Of a stretch of 64,000 bases of DNA, positions 1 through 9,973 are shown one piece after another. Both the position numbers and the translations under genes were made by a program. The DNA lies in the NCBI GenBank assembly GCA_965224245.1, contig OZ245046.1, positions 2,848,001 through 2,912,000 of the forward strand, read 5' to 3'. The notes under the pieces were generated by a model. The model was not told the DNA's origin, ran no database searches, and was given only the letters and a program-made list of their open reading frames with translations. How positions within the stretch are numbered: the stretch's first letter is position 1; every line of letters begins with the position of its first letter. Source of the stretch: Candidatus Eiseniibacteriota bacterium (GTDB taxonomy: Bacteria; Eisenbacteria; RBG-16-71-46; CAZAMP01).

Positions 1-2
1 AG

Positions 3-3000
3 ATCGGCGCCGAGGATCCGTTCCGCGTGGAGATCACCTACACGATCGAGAACTTCGGCAACGTCCCCCTCGAGTTCATCGAGCTGGCCGACGAGCTGGA
101 CCTCACGTTCGGGATGGGCAACTGGTCGATCGCGTCGGGCCCCACGGTGCCGGGCGGGTCGGGTCTGGTGGCAAACCCGTTCTACGACGGAATCAGCGAT
201 CCCGACATCCTGGATCCCTTCTCCTCGGTGCTGGACCCCGGCGAGGTGGGAACCGTCTCGCTCGAGGTGCTGATCTCCTCCGAGGGTACGTACACGAACC
301 AGGTGGCGGTCTTTGCCGAGGATCTCGACGGCAATCCGACCGTCGACGTCTCGGTGGCGGGCCTGGAGCCCGATCCGAACGGTGACGACGTGCCCGACGA
401 GGAGTCGATCACGTCGATCACGCTGACGACGCCGGCTCCGGCGATCGGGATCGCGCTGGACATGGCGGAGATCGGCGAGGCCGATCCGTTCCGGGTCGGG
501 CTGACCTACACGCTGGAGAACTTCGGCAACGTCGAGCTCCTCGCCGTCACGCTGGAGAACGACCTCGACGTGGTGTTCGGCCTCGGGAACTGGTCGCTCG
601 TGGGACCGCCCAGCGTTCCCGGCGGCTCGGGGCTCGTGCCCAATCCCGGGTTCGACGGCTCGTCCGACCCCGCGCTCCTCGATCCGGTCGGATCGGTGCT
701 GGCCGTCGGCGAGCAGACGACGGTGTCGGTGCTCGTGGACGTGATCGCCGAAGGAACGTACGAGAACCAGGTCACCGCGTTCGCCGAGGATCTCGTGCCC
801 ACGCTGGTCTCGGACCTCTCGGTGGCGGGGCTCGAGCCCGATCCCGACGGTGACGACGTTCCCGACGAGGCGGGTATCACGTCGCTCGTGCTCTTCCGAT
901 CGGTGCCGGTGATCGGCGCCGCGCTCCAGATGGTCGACGACGGCCCCGCGATTCCGTTCCGCGTCACCCTCACGGTCACGCTGGAGAACTTCGGCAACGG
1001 CGGGCTGGAGCAGGTCTCGGCCCCGAGTGACCTCGACGACGTCTTCGGTCCCGGGAACTGGACCCTCGCCGTACCGCCCGCGACCGGCGGCGGCTCGGGG
1101 CTCGTGGCGAACGGCGCCTACACCGGTGTCGGGTCCGGCTCCGAGCTCCTGGATCCGAGCTCGGTCCTGGCCATCGGCGAGAGCGACACGATCACGCTCG
1201 GGGTCGACGTGAACGACGCCGGCACCTACACCAGCCAGATCGTCGCCGCCGCCACGGATGCCGAGGGGACGCCGACCCTGGACGCGTCGACCAGCGGGCT
1301 CGACCCCGATCCGAACGGCGACGACGTTCCCGACGAGGCCGTGATCTCGTCGGTCACGCTCGTGGCGCCCGCGCCCGTGATCGGCGTCGCGTTCGAGATG
1401 ATCGAGGTCGACGCCTTCCGCGTATCGGTGGCGGCCACGCTGGAGAACTTCGGCAACGTCGATCTCCTCGGCATCTCGCTGCCGATCGATCTCGACGCCG
1501 TCTTCGGAGCGGAGAACTGGTCGTTCGCCACCTCGCCGGAGGTGTCGGGAACCGAGGCGCTGGTTCTCGACCCCGGCTTCGACGGCTCGGGCGCCACCGA
1601 GCTCCTCGACCCCGCCTCGACGCTGCCGATCGGAGATGCGGGCACGATCGCGTTCGACGTGCTCCTGGGCGCCGAGGGCACGTACCAGGGCCAGCTCGTC
1701 GCGGCCGCCGAGGACGCGTTCGCCCAGCCGACGGCGGATCTGTCGGTCGCGGGACTCGACCCGGACCCGAACGGCGACGGCGTGCCCGACGAGGCCTCGG
1801 TCACGACCGTGATCCTGTTCTACTCCGCGCCCGTGATCGGCGCCGCGCTGGAGATGGTGGACGCCGGCCCGGCGATCCCCTTCCGCGTCACGCTCACCTA
1901 CACGCTGGAGAACTTCGGGAACGTCGCGCTCGAGCAGATCTCGATGGGCAACGACCTCGATGCGGTCTTCGGCGCCGGCAACTGGGCGCTCGCCGGCCCT
2001 CCCGCCGACGACGGGGTCTCGACGCTGGTGGCGAACGCCGGGTTCACGGGAGCCGGCGGCGGCGCCGAGCTGCTCGATCCGAGCTCGGTGCTGGACGTCG
2101 GCGCGAGCGGCGCGATCACGCTCGAGGTGGACGTCACGAGCGCCGGACCCTACGCCAACCAGGTCAACGTCTCCGCCGAGGACGCCGAGGCGACACAGAC
2201 CACCGATTTCTCCACCGCCGGGCTGGATCCGGACCCGAACGGCGACGACGTGCCCGACGAATCGATCGTCTCGACGCTGAACCTGGTGGCACCCGACCCG
2301 GTCGTCGGGGTCGCGTTCGACCTGTCCGAGGTCGGGTCGCTCGACCCGTTCCGGGTCGCGATCACGCTGAACCTGGAGAGCTTCGGCAACGTCGACCTCC
2401 AGGCGGTGTCGCTTCCGGTCAACCTCGACGCGATCTTCGGGGCCGGGAACTGGTCGTTCGCGACCTCGCCGCTGGTGACGGGCACCGACGCGCTCGACGT
2501 GAACCCCGCATACGACGGGTCGACGGTCACCGACGTCCTCTCCCCGACGTCGACGCTCCCCATCGGAGACGCCGGCACCATCGACTTCGACGTGACCGTC
2601 ACCGCCGACGGCACGTACCAGGGCCAGCTCACCGCATCGGCCGAGGACGCCTTCGGTCAGCCGACCACCGACAGCTCGGTCGCGGGCTTCGATCCCGATC
2701 CGGACGGCAACGGCTCTCCCGACGAGGCGTCCATCACGAGCGTCGTGCTGTTCCGCCCGGAGCCGGCGATCGGCGTCGCACTGGAGATGATCGAGGAGGG
2801 CGACGAGTTCCCGTATCGCGTTGCGCTCACGTACACGCTGGAGAACCTCGGCAACGTGCCGCTGTCCGCGCTCTCGCTGTCGAACGTGCTGGACGACGTG
2901 TTCCCTCCGGGCAGCTGGGCGATCGTGGAGGCGCCGACGGTGCCCATCGGCTCGGGGCTCGTTCCGAACCCCGACTTCGACGGCACGCTGGCCCGCGCGA

Positions 3001-6000
3001 ATCTGCTGGACTCGGCCTCCTCGGTGCTCGCGATCGGGGAGCGCACGAGCGTGCGCCTGGTCCTCGGCGTCGACGTGGACGGCACGTTTCAGAACCAGGT
3101 GTCCGTCTTCGCCGAGGATCCCGACGCGACCGTCGTGTCCGACGTCTCGGTGGACGGGCTCGAGCCCGACCCCGACGGCGACGGCGTCGCCGACGAGGCG
3201 TCGGTCTCGGAGATCACGCTGTTCCGCTCGATCCCCGGCCTCGGCGCCGCGCTGGAGATGCTCGACGGCGGCGTGACCGGCCCGTTCCTGGTCACGCTGG
3301 TCTACACGCTGGAGAACTTCGGGAACGCCGGCCTCACCGAGGTCACGGTGGCCGACAGCCTCGACACGGTGTTCGGCGCCGGCAACTGGGCGCTCGAGAC
3401 GTCTCCGGAGACCTCGCCCGGCTCGGGGCTGGTCGCGAACCCCGCGTTCACCGGCTCGGGGACGGACGTCGATCTGATCGATCCCGTGGCCTCCACGCTG
3501 GCGATCGGAGAGCTCGCGACGGTGTCGATCACGGTCGCGGTCACCGCGGACGGGGCGTACGACGATCAGGTCACCGCCGGCGGTCGCGATCCCAAGGGCA
3601 CGCTGGTCATGGACGCGTCCACGTCGGGATCCGACCCCGATCCCGACGGCAACGGCATCCCGGACGAGAGCGAGGTCACCTCGATCGTCCTGTTCCTGCC
3701 CGGCCCGATCATCGGGGCCGCGCTCGACATGGAGGTCCTCGAGATCACCGATCCCTTCCGCGTGCTCGTGACCTACACGCTCGAGAACTTCGGCAACACC
3801 GATCTCCTGGACGTCGGGCTCTCCAACGATCTGGACGCGGTGTTCGGCGCCGGCAGCTGGGCGCTCGCCTCTCCGCCGTCGACGCCCTTCGGATCCAGCC
3901 TGACCGTGAACCCGGCGTTCGACGGGACCCCGACCGGCGCCGAGCTTCTCGACGCGGGCGCGTCGACGCTCCCGATCGAGGCGGTGGAGACGATCACGCT
4001 CGAGGTCTCGGTCACGCCCGAGGGCACCTTCACGAACCAGGTGACCGCGTCCGCGTTCGATGCGTTCGAGAACTTCGTGTCCGACGTGTCCACGCGCGGT
4101 CTCGACCCCGACCCGAACGGTGACGGGGCGCCCGGCGAGGCGGCCGTGACGCCGGTCACCCTCTTCCGACCCGCGCCCGGCATCGGCGTCGCGCTCTCGA
4201 TGATCGAGGACCTGGCGGCGCCGCCGTTCGAGATCGACGTCCGGTACACGCTCGAGAACTTCGGCAACGTCGCGCTCGAGAGCGTGGCGCTGTCGAACGA
4301 CCTGGACGCCGTGTTCGGGCCGGCCAACTGGACGCTCATCGCGTTCCCCAGCGCCCAGCTCGGCTCGGGTCTCGTCGTCGACACCGGCTTCGACGGCACG
4401 ACCGAGGGGGCGGCGCTCCTGGATCCGGCGTCGACGCTGGCCGTCGGCGAGTCGGCCACGGTGACGATGGGAATCCGCGTGCTCGGCGCCGGCACCTACC
4501 TGAATCAGGTGAGCGCCGCCGCCGTCGACGCGGCGGAGACGCCCGTCACCGATCTGTCCACCGATGGGCTCGATCCCGACCCCGATGGTGATGGCGTGCC
4601 CGACGAGTCGGTGACGACGACGCTCGTTCTCTTCCGTGAGATGGCCGTCCTCGGGGCGGCACTCGACATGCGTGAGAACGTCGACGCTCCGCCTTTCCGG
4701 GTCGACCTCACGGTCACGCTGGAGAACTTCGGGAACGTGGCGCTGGCCGAGGTCTCGGCACCGAACGACCTGGACGCCGTATTCGGCGTGGCCAACTGGT
4801 CGATCGTGTCGCCGCCGTTCGCCTCGGGGGGCGATCTGGTCGCCAACGCGGACTTCACCGGTCGCGGCGCGTCGGTCGACCTCCTGGATCCGGCGTCGTC
4901 GCTCGACATCGGGGCCCGCGGCACCGTCACGCTGTCGCTCGACGTGTTCGCGCCGGGAACGTATGCGAACCGGATCGCCGCCAGCGGACTGGCGCCGTCC
5001 GGAGCGCTCGCGACCGATCTCTCCACCGAAGGACTCGAGCCCGACCCCGACGGGGACGACGTGCCCGACGAGGAGGCCGAGACCGCGATCACGCTCTTCC
5101 TGACCGACGCCCGCGTGGGCGCTGCGCTCGACCTCGGCCGGGACGGAAACGCGGTCGATCCGTTCCGCGTGACCGCGACCGTCACGCTGGAGAACTTCGG
5201 CAACGTGGAGCTGTCCGGGGTGGCGCTCGACGCCGACCTGGATGCCGTGTTCGGGGCCGGCAACTGGGCGCTCCTCGAGCCACCGTCGCTCTCCGCTCCC
5301 TCGAGCCTGGTGCTCGCCGCCGGCTACGACGGCACGTCGAGTGCACCGGCGCTCCTCGACCCGATCGAGTCCCGTCTCGCCATCGGCGAGGTGTCCACCA
5401 TCGGTCTCGTGCTGTCGGTGACCGACGACGGCACCTATTCGGGTCAGCTCAGGGTGGACGCCACCGACCCCGACGCCATCGCGCTGTTCGACGACTCCAC
5501 TGCGGGGCTCGATCCGGACCCCGACGGCGACGGCGACCCGAGCGAAGCGGTCACGACGACGCTCACGCTGTCCAGCACCGAGGCGCGGGTCGGCGCCGCG
5601 CTCGACATGGAGCGCGTCGGCTCGTCTCAGAATCCGTTCGACGTGCGGGTCGTGATCACGCTCGAGAACCTCGGCAACGTGGCGCTGGACGCGGTGTCGG
5701 TCGCCTCCGGCTTCGACGACGTGTTCGGCGGCGGGGCGTGGGCGCTCGTGGGCGCGCCCACGTTCGGCGGCGCCCCGGGGCTCGTTTCCAACGCGGGCTA
5801 CGATGGACGCACGGACACCGAGATTCTCGACCCCGCGTCGACGCTCGCGGTGGGCGCGATCTCCCAGATCCTGCTCGACCTGACCGTCACCCCGGACGGC
5901 ATCTTCACCCATGAGGTCACGGTCGAGGCCGACGGCGCGGGCGTGCTCGTGAGCGACGCGTCGGTGGCGGGCAGCGATCCCGACCCGAACGGAGACGGCA

Positions 6001-7835
6001 TCCCCGACGAGGCGGGCGAGACGACGCTGTTCCTCGAGCTGGTGAGCCCGACCGTGGGCATCGCGCTCGACATGACGTCGGTGACCGCGCGGCGCGGCGG
6101 CTTCGGCGCGACGATCGTCTACACGATCGAGAACCTGGGCGAGATCGACGTCACGAACGTCGCGGTGTCGAACGATCTGGACGAGGTGTTCGGAACGGGC
6201 AACTGGACGATGACCGAGCCGCCGAGCGCCTCGGGCACGATGCTGACGGTGGCCGAGGACTTCGATGGCACGGCCGGACGCGACGCGCTGCTGGATCCGA
6301 CGAGCTCGGTCCTCGACACCGGCCAGAGCGCGACCATCACCCTCGCCGTCGTCATCCTGACCGGCGGCGTGTACGACAATCAGGTGACCGTGTTCGCCAG
6401 CGGCGCGGGCGTCGAGACGTCCGATCTCTCCACCGCCGGCCGGGATCCCGATCCGAACGGAGACGGACGACCGGCCGAGTTCGAGGTCACGCTGCTCGTC
6501 CTCACCGACACGGTGCCGGTGCTCGACGTGCCCTCGTTCCCGCTGGGCCGCTACACGCTGTTCTCGATCCCGCTGAACCTGCTGGAGCCCGATGCCGGCA
6601 CGCCGCCGTCGGTCGCGGTACTCCTGACCGATCTCTTCGAGCGACCGCGCTCGGAGACGACGTGGCTGGCCTACGGCCTGGCCGGCGAGGTCGAATCCGA
6701 TCCGGCGCTGGCGCTCGGTCGCGCCTACTGGGTCAGCACGCGGTTCCCGATGCCGGCCGCGCGCACCATACGCGGCACGATCACGAGGCCGGTCGACGTC
6801 GACCTCGTTCGGGGATGGAACGCGATCGGCTGTCCCTCTCCGACGCCGATGCCGCTGGGCAACCTGTCGGTGCGTACCCTCGACGCACCGGGCGAGCGGC
6901 TGTCGCTGGCCGAGGCCAACGACCGCGGCCTCATCGGGAGCACGCTGTACCGGTACGTCGACTCGTCACCCGACCTCATCAACAACGGGGTCTGGGTGCC
7001 GGAGTCGGTTCGAAACACGAGCGCGACGCTGGCGCCGTTCGCGGGCCGCATCCTGGAGGCGTTCGTCCCGCTCACGCTGACGTACGGCGTCGTCACGCGC
7101 GATTCGGAGCCGCTGGTGGAGACTCGCGACTGGGAGCTCACGGTCACCGCGAGCGCCGGAGGGGCGACCCGGCGGGTCGCCCTGGCGGCACTGGAGGGAG
7201 CCAGCGCCTCCTGGGACGTGTACGACGTCTCGGCCCCCCCGGACTGGACGACGGGACTTCGTGCCGAGCTCGTGCACGACGACTGGGGCATTCACGCCGG
7301 CCGCTTCGTGCGCTCGGCGGTACCGTCCGGGACGCGATCGAGCCGGTGCCGTCTCGCGCTGGTCAGCCCCGCACCGGTCGCGGTCACGTGGGACGTCGGC
7401 CGGCTGCGCCCGGGCCAGTACGCGTACCTGGTGCTCGAGTCCGGTGCCGCGATCGATCTGGTCGCGGAGACCCGCACGACGCTGCCCGCGGGCACACGTG
7501 ACGTGATGCTGCTCGTGGACGATCGGCCCTGGACCGGACCCCTCGTCTCGAGTGCGGTGGGCGGGGTGCGCGCGGTCACGCCATCGGTGGCGGGCGCCGG
7601 TGGCGTCGAGGTCATCTACGAGATCGCGTCGAGGATCACCTCGGCCCACGTACGCGTCTTCGACGTCCGCGGCCGCCTGGTCACCCGGGCCGACCTGTCA
7701 CCGGCCGTGGGAACGCATCGCTGGCGATGGGACGGCACCCACGACAACGGCACCGCAGCGGGGGCCGGACGCTATTTCGTCGACGTCGAGCTGGACGGGC
7801 ACCGAGATCGTCGGGCGGTGACGATCGTCCGATGA
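3..7835 (+). CDS. Giant acidic repetitive surface/secreted protein (5'-truncated by window): at least 14 Ig-like repeats of ~156 aa plus C-terminal FlgD-Ig/T9SS-like domain
   Basis: Frame is open from nt 3. Motifs 'YTLENFGN' and 'DPDPNGDxxPDE' recur every ~468 nt (14 copies). C-terminus reads 'RVFDVRGRLV...WRWDGTHDNGTAAGAGRYFV'. Confidence 0.9.
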   Translation: MGAEDPFRVEITYTIENFGNVPLEFIELADELDLTFGMGNWSIASGPTVPGGSGLVANPFYDGISDPDILDPFSSVLDPGEVGTVSLEVLISSEGTYTNQVAVFAEDLDGNPTVDVSVAGLEPDPNGDDVPDEESITSITLTTPAPAIGIALDMAEIGEADPFRVGLTYTLENFGNVELLAVTLENDLDVVFGLGNWSLVGPPSVPGGSGLVPNPGFDGSSDPALLDPVGSVLAVGEQTTVSVLVDVIAEGTYENQVTAFAEDLVPTLVSDLSVAGLEPDPDGDDVPDEAGITSLVLFRSVPVIGAALQMVDDGPAIPFRVTLTVTLENFGNGGLEQVSAPSDLDDVFGPGNWTLAVPPATGGGSGLVANGAYTGVGSGSELLDPSSVLAIGESDTITLGVDVNDAGTYTSQIVAAATDAEGTPTLDASTSGLDPDPNGDDVPDEAVISSVTLVAPAPVIGVAFEMIEVDAFRVSVAATLENFGNVDLLGISLPIDLDAVFGAENWSFATSPEVSGTEALVLDPGFDGSGATELLDPASTLPIGDAGTIAFDVLLGAEGTYQGQLVAAAEDAFAQPTADLSVAGLDPDPNGDGVPDEASVTTVILFYSAPVIGAALEMVDAGPAIPFRVTLTYTLENFGNVALEQISMGNDLDAVFGAGNWALAGPPADDGVSTLVANAGFTGAGGGAELLDPSSVLDVGASGAITLEVDVTSAGPYANQVNVSAEDAEATQTTDFSTAGLDPDPNGDDVPDESIVSTLNLVAPDPVVGVAFDLSEVGSLDPFRVAITLNLESFGNVDLQAVSLPVNLDAIFGAGNWSFATSPLVTGTDALDVNPAYDGSTVTDVLSPTSTLPIGDAGTIDFDVTVTADGTYQGQLTASAEDAFGQPTTDSSVAGFDPDPDGNGSPDEASITSVVLFRPEPAIGVALEMIEEGDEFPYRVALTYTLENLGNVPLSALSLSNVLDDVFPPGSWAIVEAPTVPIGSGLVPNPDFDGTLARANLLDSASSVLAIGERTSVRLVLGVDVDGTFQNQVSVFAEDPDATVVSDVSVDGLEPDPDGDGVADEASVSEITLFRSIPGLGAALEMLDGGVTGPFLVTLVYTLENFGNAGLTEVTVADSLDTVFGAGNWALETSPETSPGSGLVANPAFTGSGTDVDLIDPVASTLAIGELATVSITVAVTADGAYDDQVTAGGRDPKGTLVMDASTSGSDPDPDGNGIPDESEVTSIVLFLPGPIIGAALDMEVLEITDPFRVLVTYTLENFGNTDLLDVGLSNDLDAVFGAGSWALASPPSTPFGSSLTVNPAFDGTPTGAELLDAGASTLPIEAVETITLEVSVTPEGTFTNQVTASAFDAFENFVSDVSTRGLDPDPNGDGAPGEAAVTPVTLFRPAPGIGVALSMIEDLAAPPFEIDVRYTLENFGNVALESVALSNDLDAVFGPANWTLIAFPSAQLGSGLVVDTGFDGTTEGAALLDPASTLAVGESATVTMGIRVLGAGTYLNQVSAAAVDAAETPVTDLSTDGLDPDPDGDGVPDESVTTTLVLFREMAVLGAALDMRENVDAPPFRVDLTVTLENFGNVALAEVSAPNDLDAVFGVANWSIVSPPFASGGDLVANADFTGRGASVDLLDPASSLDIGARGTVTLSLDVFAPGTYANRIAASGLAPSGALATDLSTEGLEPDPDGDDVPDEEAETAITLFLTDARVGAALDLGRDGNAVDPFRVTATVTLENFGNVELSGVALDADLDAVFGAGNWALLEPPSLSAPSSLVLAAGYDGTSSAPALLDPIESRLAIGEVSTIGLVLSVTDDGTYSGQLRVDATDPDAIALFDDSTAGLDPDPDGDGDPSEAVTTTLTLSSTEARVGAALDMERVGSSQNPFDVRVVITLENLGNVALDAVSVASGFDDVFGGGAWALVGAPTFGGAPGLVSNAGYDGRTDTEILDPASTLAVGAISQILLDLTVTPDGIFTHEVTVEADGAGVLVSDASVAGSDPDPNGDGIPDEAGETTLFLELVSPTVGIALDMTSVTARRGGFGATIVYTIENLGEIDVTNVAVSNDLDEVFGTGNWTMTEPPSASGTMLTVAEDFDGTAGRDALLDPTSSVLDTGQSATITLAVVILTGGVYDNQVTVFASGAGVETSDLSTAGRDPDPNGDGRPAEFEVTLLVLTDTVPVLDVPSFPLGRYTLFSIPLNLLEPDAGTPPSVAVLLTDLFERPRSETTWLAYGLAGEVESDPALALGRAYWVSTRFPMPAARTIRGTITRPVDVDLVRGWNAIGCPSPTPMPLGNLSVRTLDAPGERLSLAEANDRGLIGSTLYRYVDSSPDLINNGVWVPESVRNTSATLAPFAGRILEAFVPLTLTYGVVTRDSEPLVETRDWELTVTASAGGATRRVALAALEGASASWDVYDVSAPPDWTTGLRAELVHDDWGIHAGRFVRSAVPSGTRSSRCRLALVSPAPVAVTWDVGRLRPGQYAYLVLESGAAIDLVAETRTTLPAGTRDVMLLVDDRPWTGPLVSSAVGGVRAVTPSVAGAGGVEVIYEIASRITSAHVRVFDVRGRLVTRADLSPAVGTHRWRWDGTHDNGTAAGAGRYFVDVELDGHRDRRAVTIVR

Positions 7836-7888
7836 AGGGCTCGGAGCGCGGAGACGGGTGATCCCGCCGATCGAGGGCTGAACGCCGA

Positions 7889-9973
7889 TCACTCCGGAGA
7901 CGAGGGCACGTCCGAGACGTCGCCATCGTTCCCGAGTCGATCCAGGAGCGCCTGTCGCCCCCGGACGAGCCGCGGGTTCCCCGGTTCCAGCTCCAGCGCG
8001 TGATCGAAGCGCGCGATCGCCGCCGCCGAGTCGCCTCGGGCGGCCGCGACCCGCGCCAGGTTGGACCAGGCGTATGCGTACGTGCTGTCGTCCGCCAGTA
8101 TCGAGCGGAACGCCGCCTCGGCGGCGTCGAGATCCCCAAGCTTGTACGCACACAGCCCGACGTTGTTGAGCGCCCGGATCGCGTCGCCGAGGCGCCCCGT
8201 CTCGACGTGGGCCCGGTGCACGCGCCGGAACGCCGCGAGCGCCTCGGCGTAGCGACCGTCCTGGTACAGGGTGGCCGCCTCCAGCGTCCAGGTGTCGACC
8301 GGCGCCGCCGCGGTGCCCGGCCGCCCGCCCCGAGGCGACGGGTCTACCCGACGCGCGGCATCCCTCAGGCGCGCCGCCTCGCTCCGGTGCCGCCGTGCGC
8401 CGTCCAGGTCGCCCTGCTGCGCGGCCACCTCGGCCAGGCCGGCGTGCGCGAGCGGGTAGCCGGGGTCGATCTCCAGCGACCGGGTCAGCATGCGACGGGC
8501 CTCGTCGAGGTCGCCCCGCTGGCGGTACAGGGTGCCGAAGTTCAGATAGTCCACACGCTTCAGCGACTGCGCCTCGAGGAGCGGCGTACGGTGAAATGCC
8601 AGGACGGACATCACGATCGTGATGGTGGCCGTTACCGCGATCTCGCCTCGCGACCAGGTGCGTGCCCGCCGCGCCGTCTCCACCCCCGCGGCCACGCCGG
8701 CCACCGCGTACACGATCACGACCGGCACCAGGGGAAGGCGATACTCGGCGGACACGAAGAACACCAGGCACGTCACGACGGGCACCGCCCCCACCGCCAG
8801 CAACGCGAGCTGCGCACGCCACCGCCGGCGATGGGCGACGACGCCGACTCCCACCAGCGGCACCAGCCATCCGAGGTGCGGCAGCCACCGCAGGATCGGC
8901 GAGAAGTCCGACGTGAAGTAGTAGCTCAGGTTCGTCGGCGATTCGGTGCGGTTCCAGACGTAGTGGAGCTTCACCAGCGTGAGTCGCAGCTCGTCCCACG
9001 GATGTGTGCCGAGGTAGCGGAGCCCCTCGCGGAAGAGGTACTGCGAGCTCTCCGCCAGCGTGACCTCACGCCCGAGCCGCTTCGAGACGACATCTCGTGT
9101 TCCCTCCACCTCGCCCTCGAAGCTCGCGCTCTCGGTGAAGCTCGGCATCGCGTAGAGACCGGTGGCACCGGGGTTGTGACCGATGTAGAACGCGGCGTAG
9201 TTGGCCGCGATCGGCACGAAGCGACCCTCGACCGCGTAGTTTCGCGCGATCACGACCCCGGTCAGCGAGAGGCAGGTCAGCGAGGTCGCGAGCGCGGCCG
9301 GCCCGGCGCGCCGCCAAGAACCGGTCTGCACCCGGTACACGATCGGGGCGGCGAAGAGGATCAGGATCGCGTTTCCGCGCATGAGCGCCGCGAGCCCGAA
9401 GCCCACCCCGGCCAGGGCCGCCCATCCGAGCGCGGCCCGATCCTCACCGTGCGGGGTGCTCGCGTGGCCGGTCTCCCGGGAGCGGCCGGGGCTCCCGACG
9501 CGCATCATCGCGAACAGCCCGATCAGCGTGAACGTACCGATGAACGTGGGCGTCAAGAGCGTCCCCGCGTAGAACACGAGCGGCCCGTACACCGCGGCCA
9601 CGATCCCGGCCCAGAGGCCGACGCGCCGGTCGAACGCACGAGCTCCGATCGCCGCGACCAGCGCGCACGCGATCGTGTCCACGAGCGATTGGGTCACGAG
9701 CACCGGATGCACACCCGGACTGAAGACGCGCTGGATCGACGCCAGCACGTACGGGTAGAGCACGTTCAGGGAGTAGACGTCCTCGCCCCGGAACGTGCCG
9801 TCGAGGATCCGGGCCGCGAATCGCTGGTAGGTGTCCGAATCGATCAGGAGCACCTCGGTGATCGGCGAGCGCCAGATGAACGCGAGGTGGACCGCACGCA
9901 CCGCGATCGCCACCAGAATCACGATGAGCACGTCGCGTGCCGTGAGTCCACGCCCGTCACCCGCGGCGTTCAT
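7889..9973 (-). CDS. GT-C (ArnT/PMT, GT39/83-like) membrane glycosyltransferase with C-terminal TPRs
   Basis: Multiple TM segments, early 'IDSDTY' acidic loop, 'EYRLPLVP', TPR consensus 'ALNNVGLCAYKLGD' and 'ALELEPGN'. Start overlaps the ppc stop (ATGA). Confidence 0.8.
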   Translation of the reverse strand: MNAAGDGRGLTARDVLIVILVAIAVRAVHLAFIWRSPITEVLLIDSDTYQRFAARILDGTFRGEDVYSLNVLYPYVLASIQRVFSPGVHPVLVTQSLVDTIACALVAAIGARAFDRRVGLWAGIVAAVYGPLVFYAGTLLTPTFIGTFTLIGLFAMMRVGSPGRSRETGHASTPHGEDRAALGWAALAGVGFGLAALMRGNAILILFAAPIVYRVQTGSWRRAGPAALATSLTCLSLTGVVIARNYAVEGRFVPIAANYAAFYIGHNPGATGLYAMPSFTESASFEGEVEGTRDVVSKRLGREVTLAESSQYLFREGLRYLGTHPWDELRLTLVKLHYVWNRTESPTNLSYYFTSDFSPILRWLPHLGWLVPLVGVGVVAHRRRWRAQLALLAVGAVPVVTCLVFFVSAEYRLPLVPVVIVYAVAGVAAGVETARRARTWSRGEIAVTATITIVMSVLAFHRTPLLEAQSLKRVDYLNFGTLYRQRGDLDEARRMLTRSLEIDPGYPLAHAGLAEVAAQQGDLDGARRHRSEAARLRDAARRVDPSPRGGRPGTAAAPVDTWTLEAATLYQDGRYAEALAAFRRVHRAHVETGRLGDAIRALNNVGLCAYKLGDLDAAEAAFRSILADDSTYAYAWSNLARVAAARGDSAAAIARFDHALELEPGNPRLVRGRQALLDRLGNDGDVSDVPSSPE

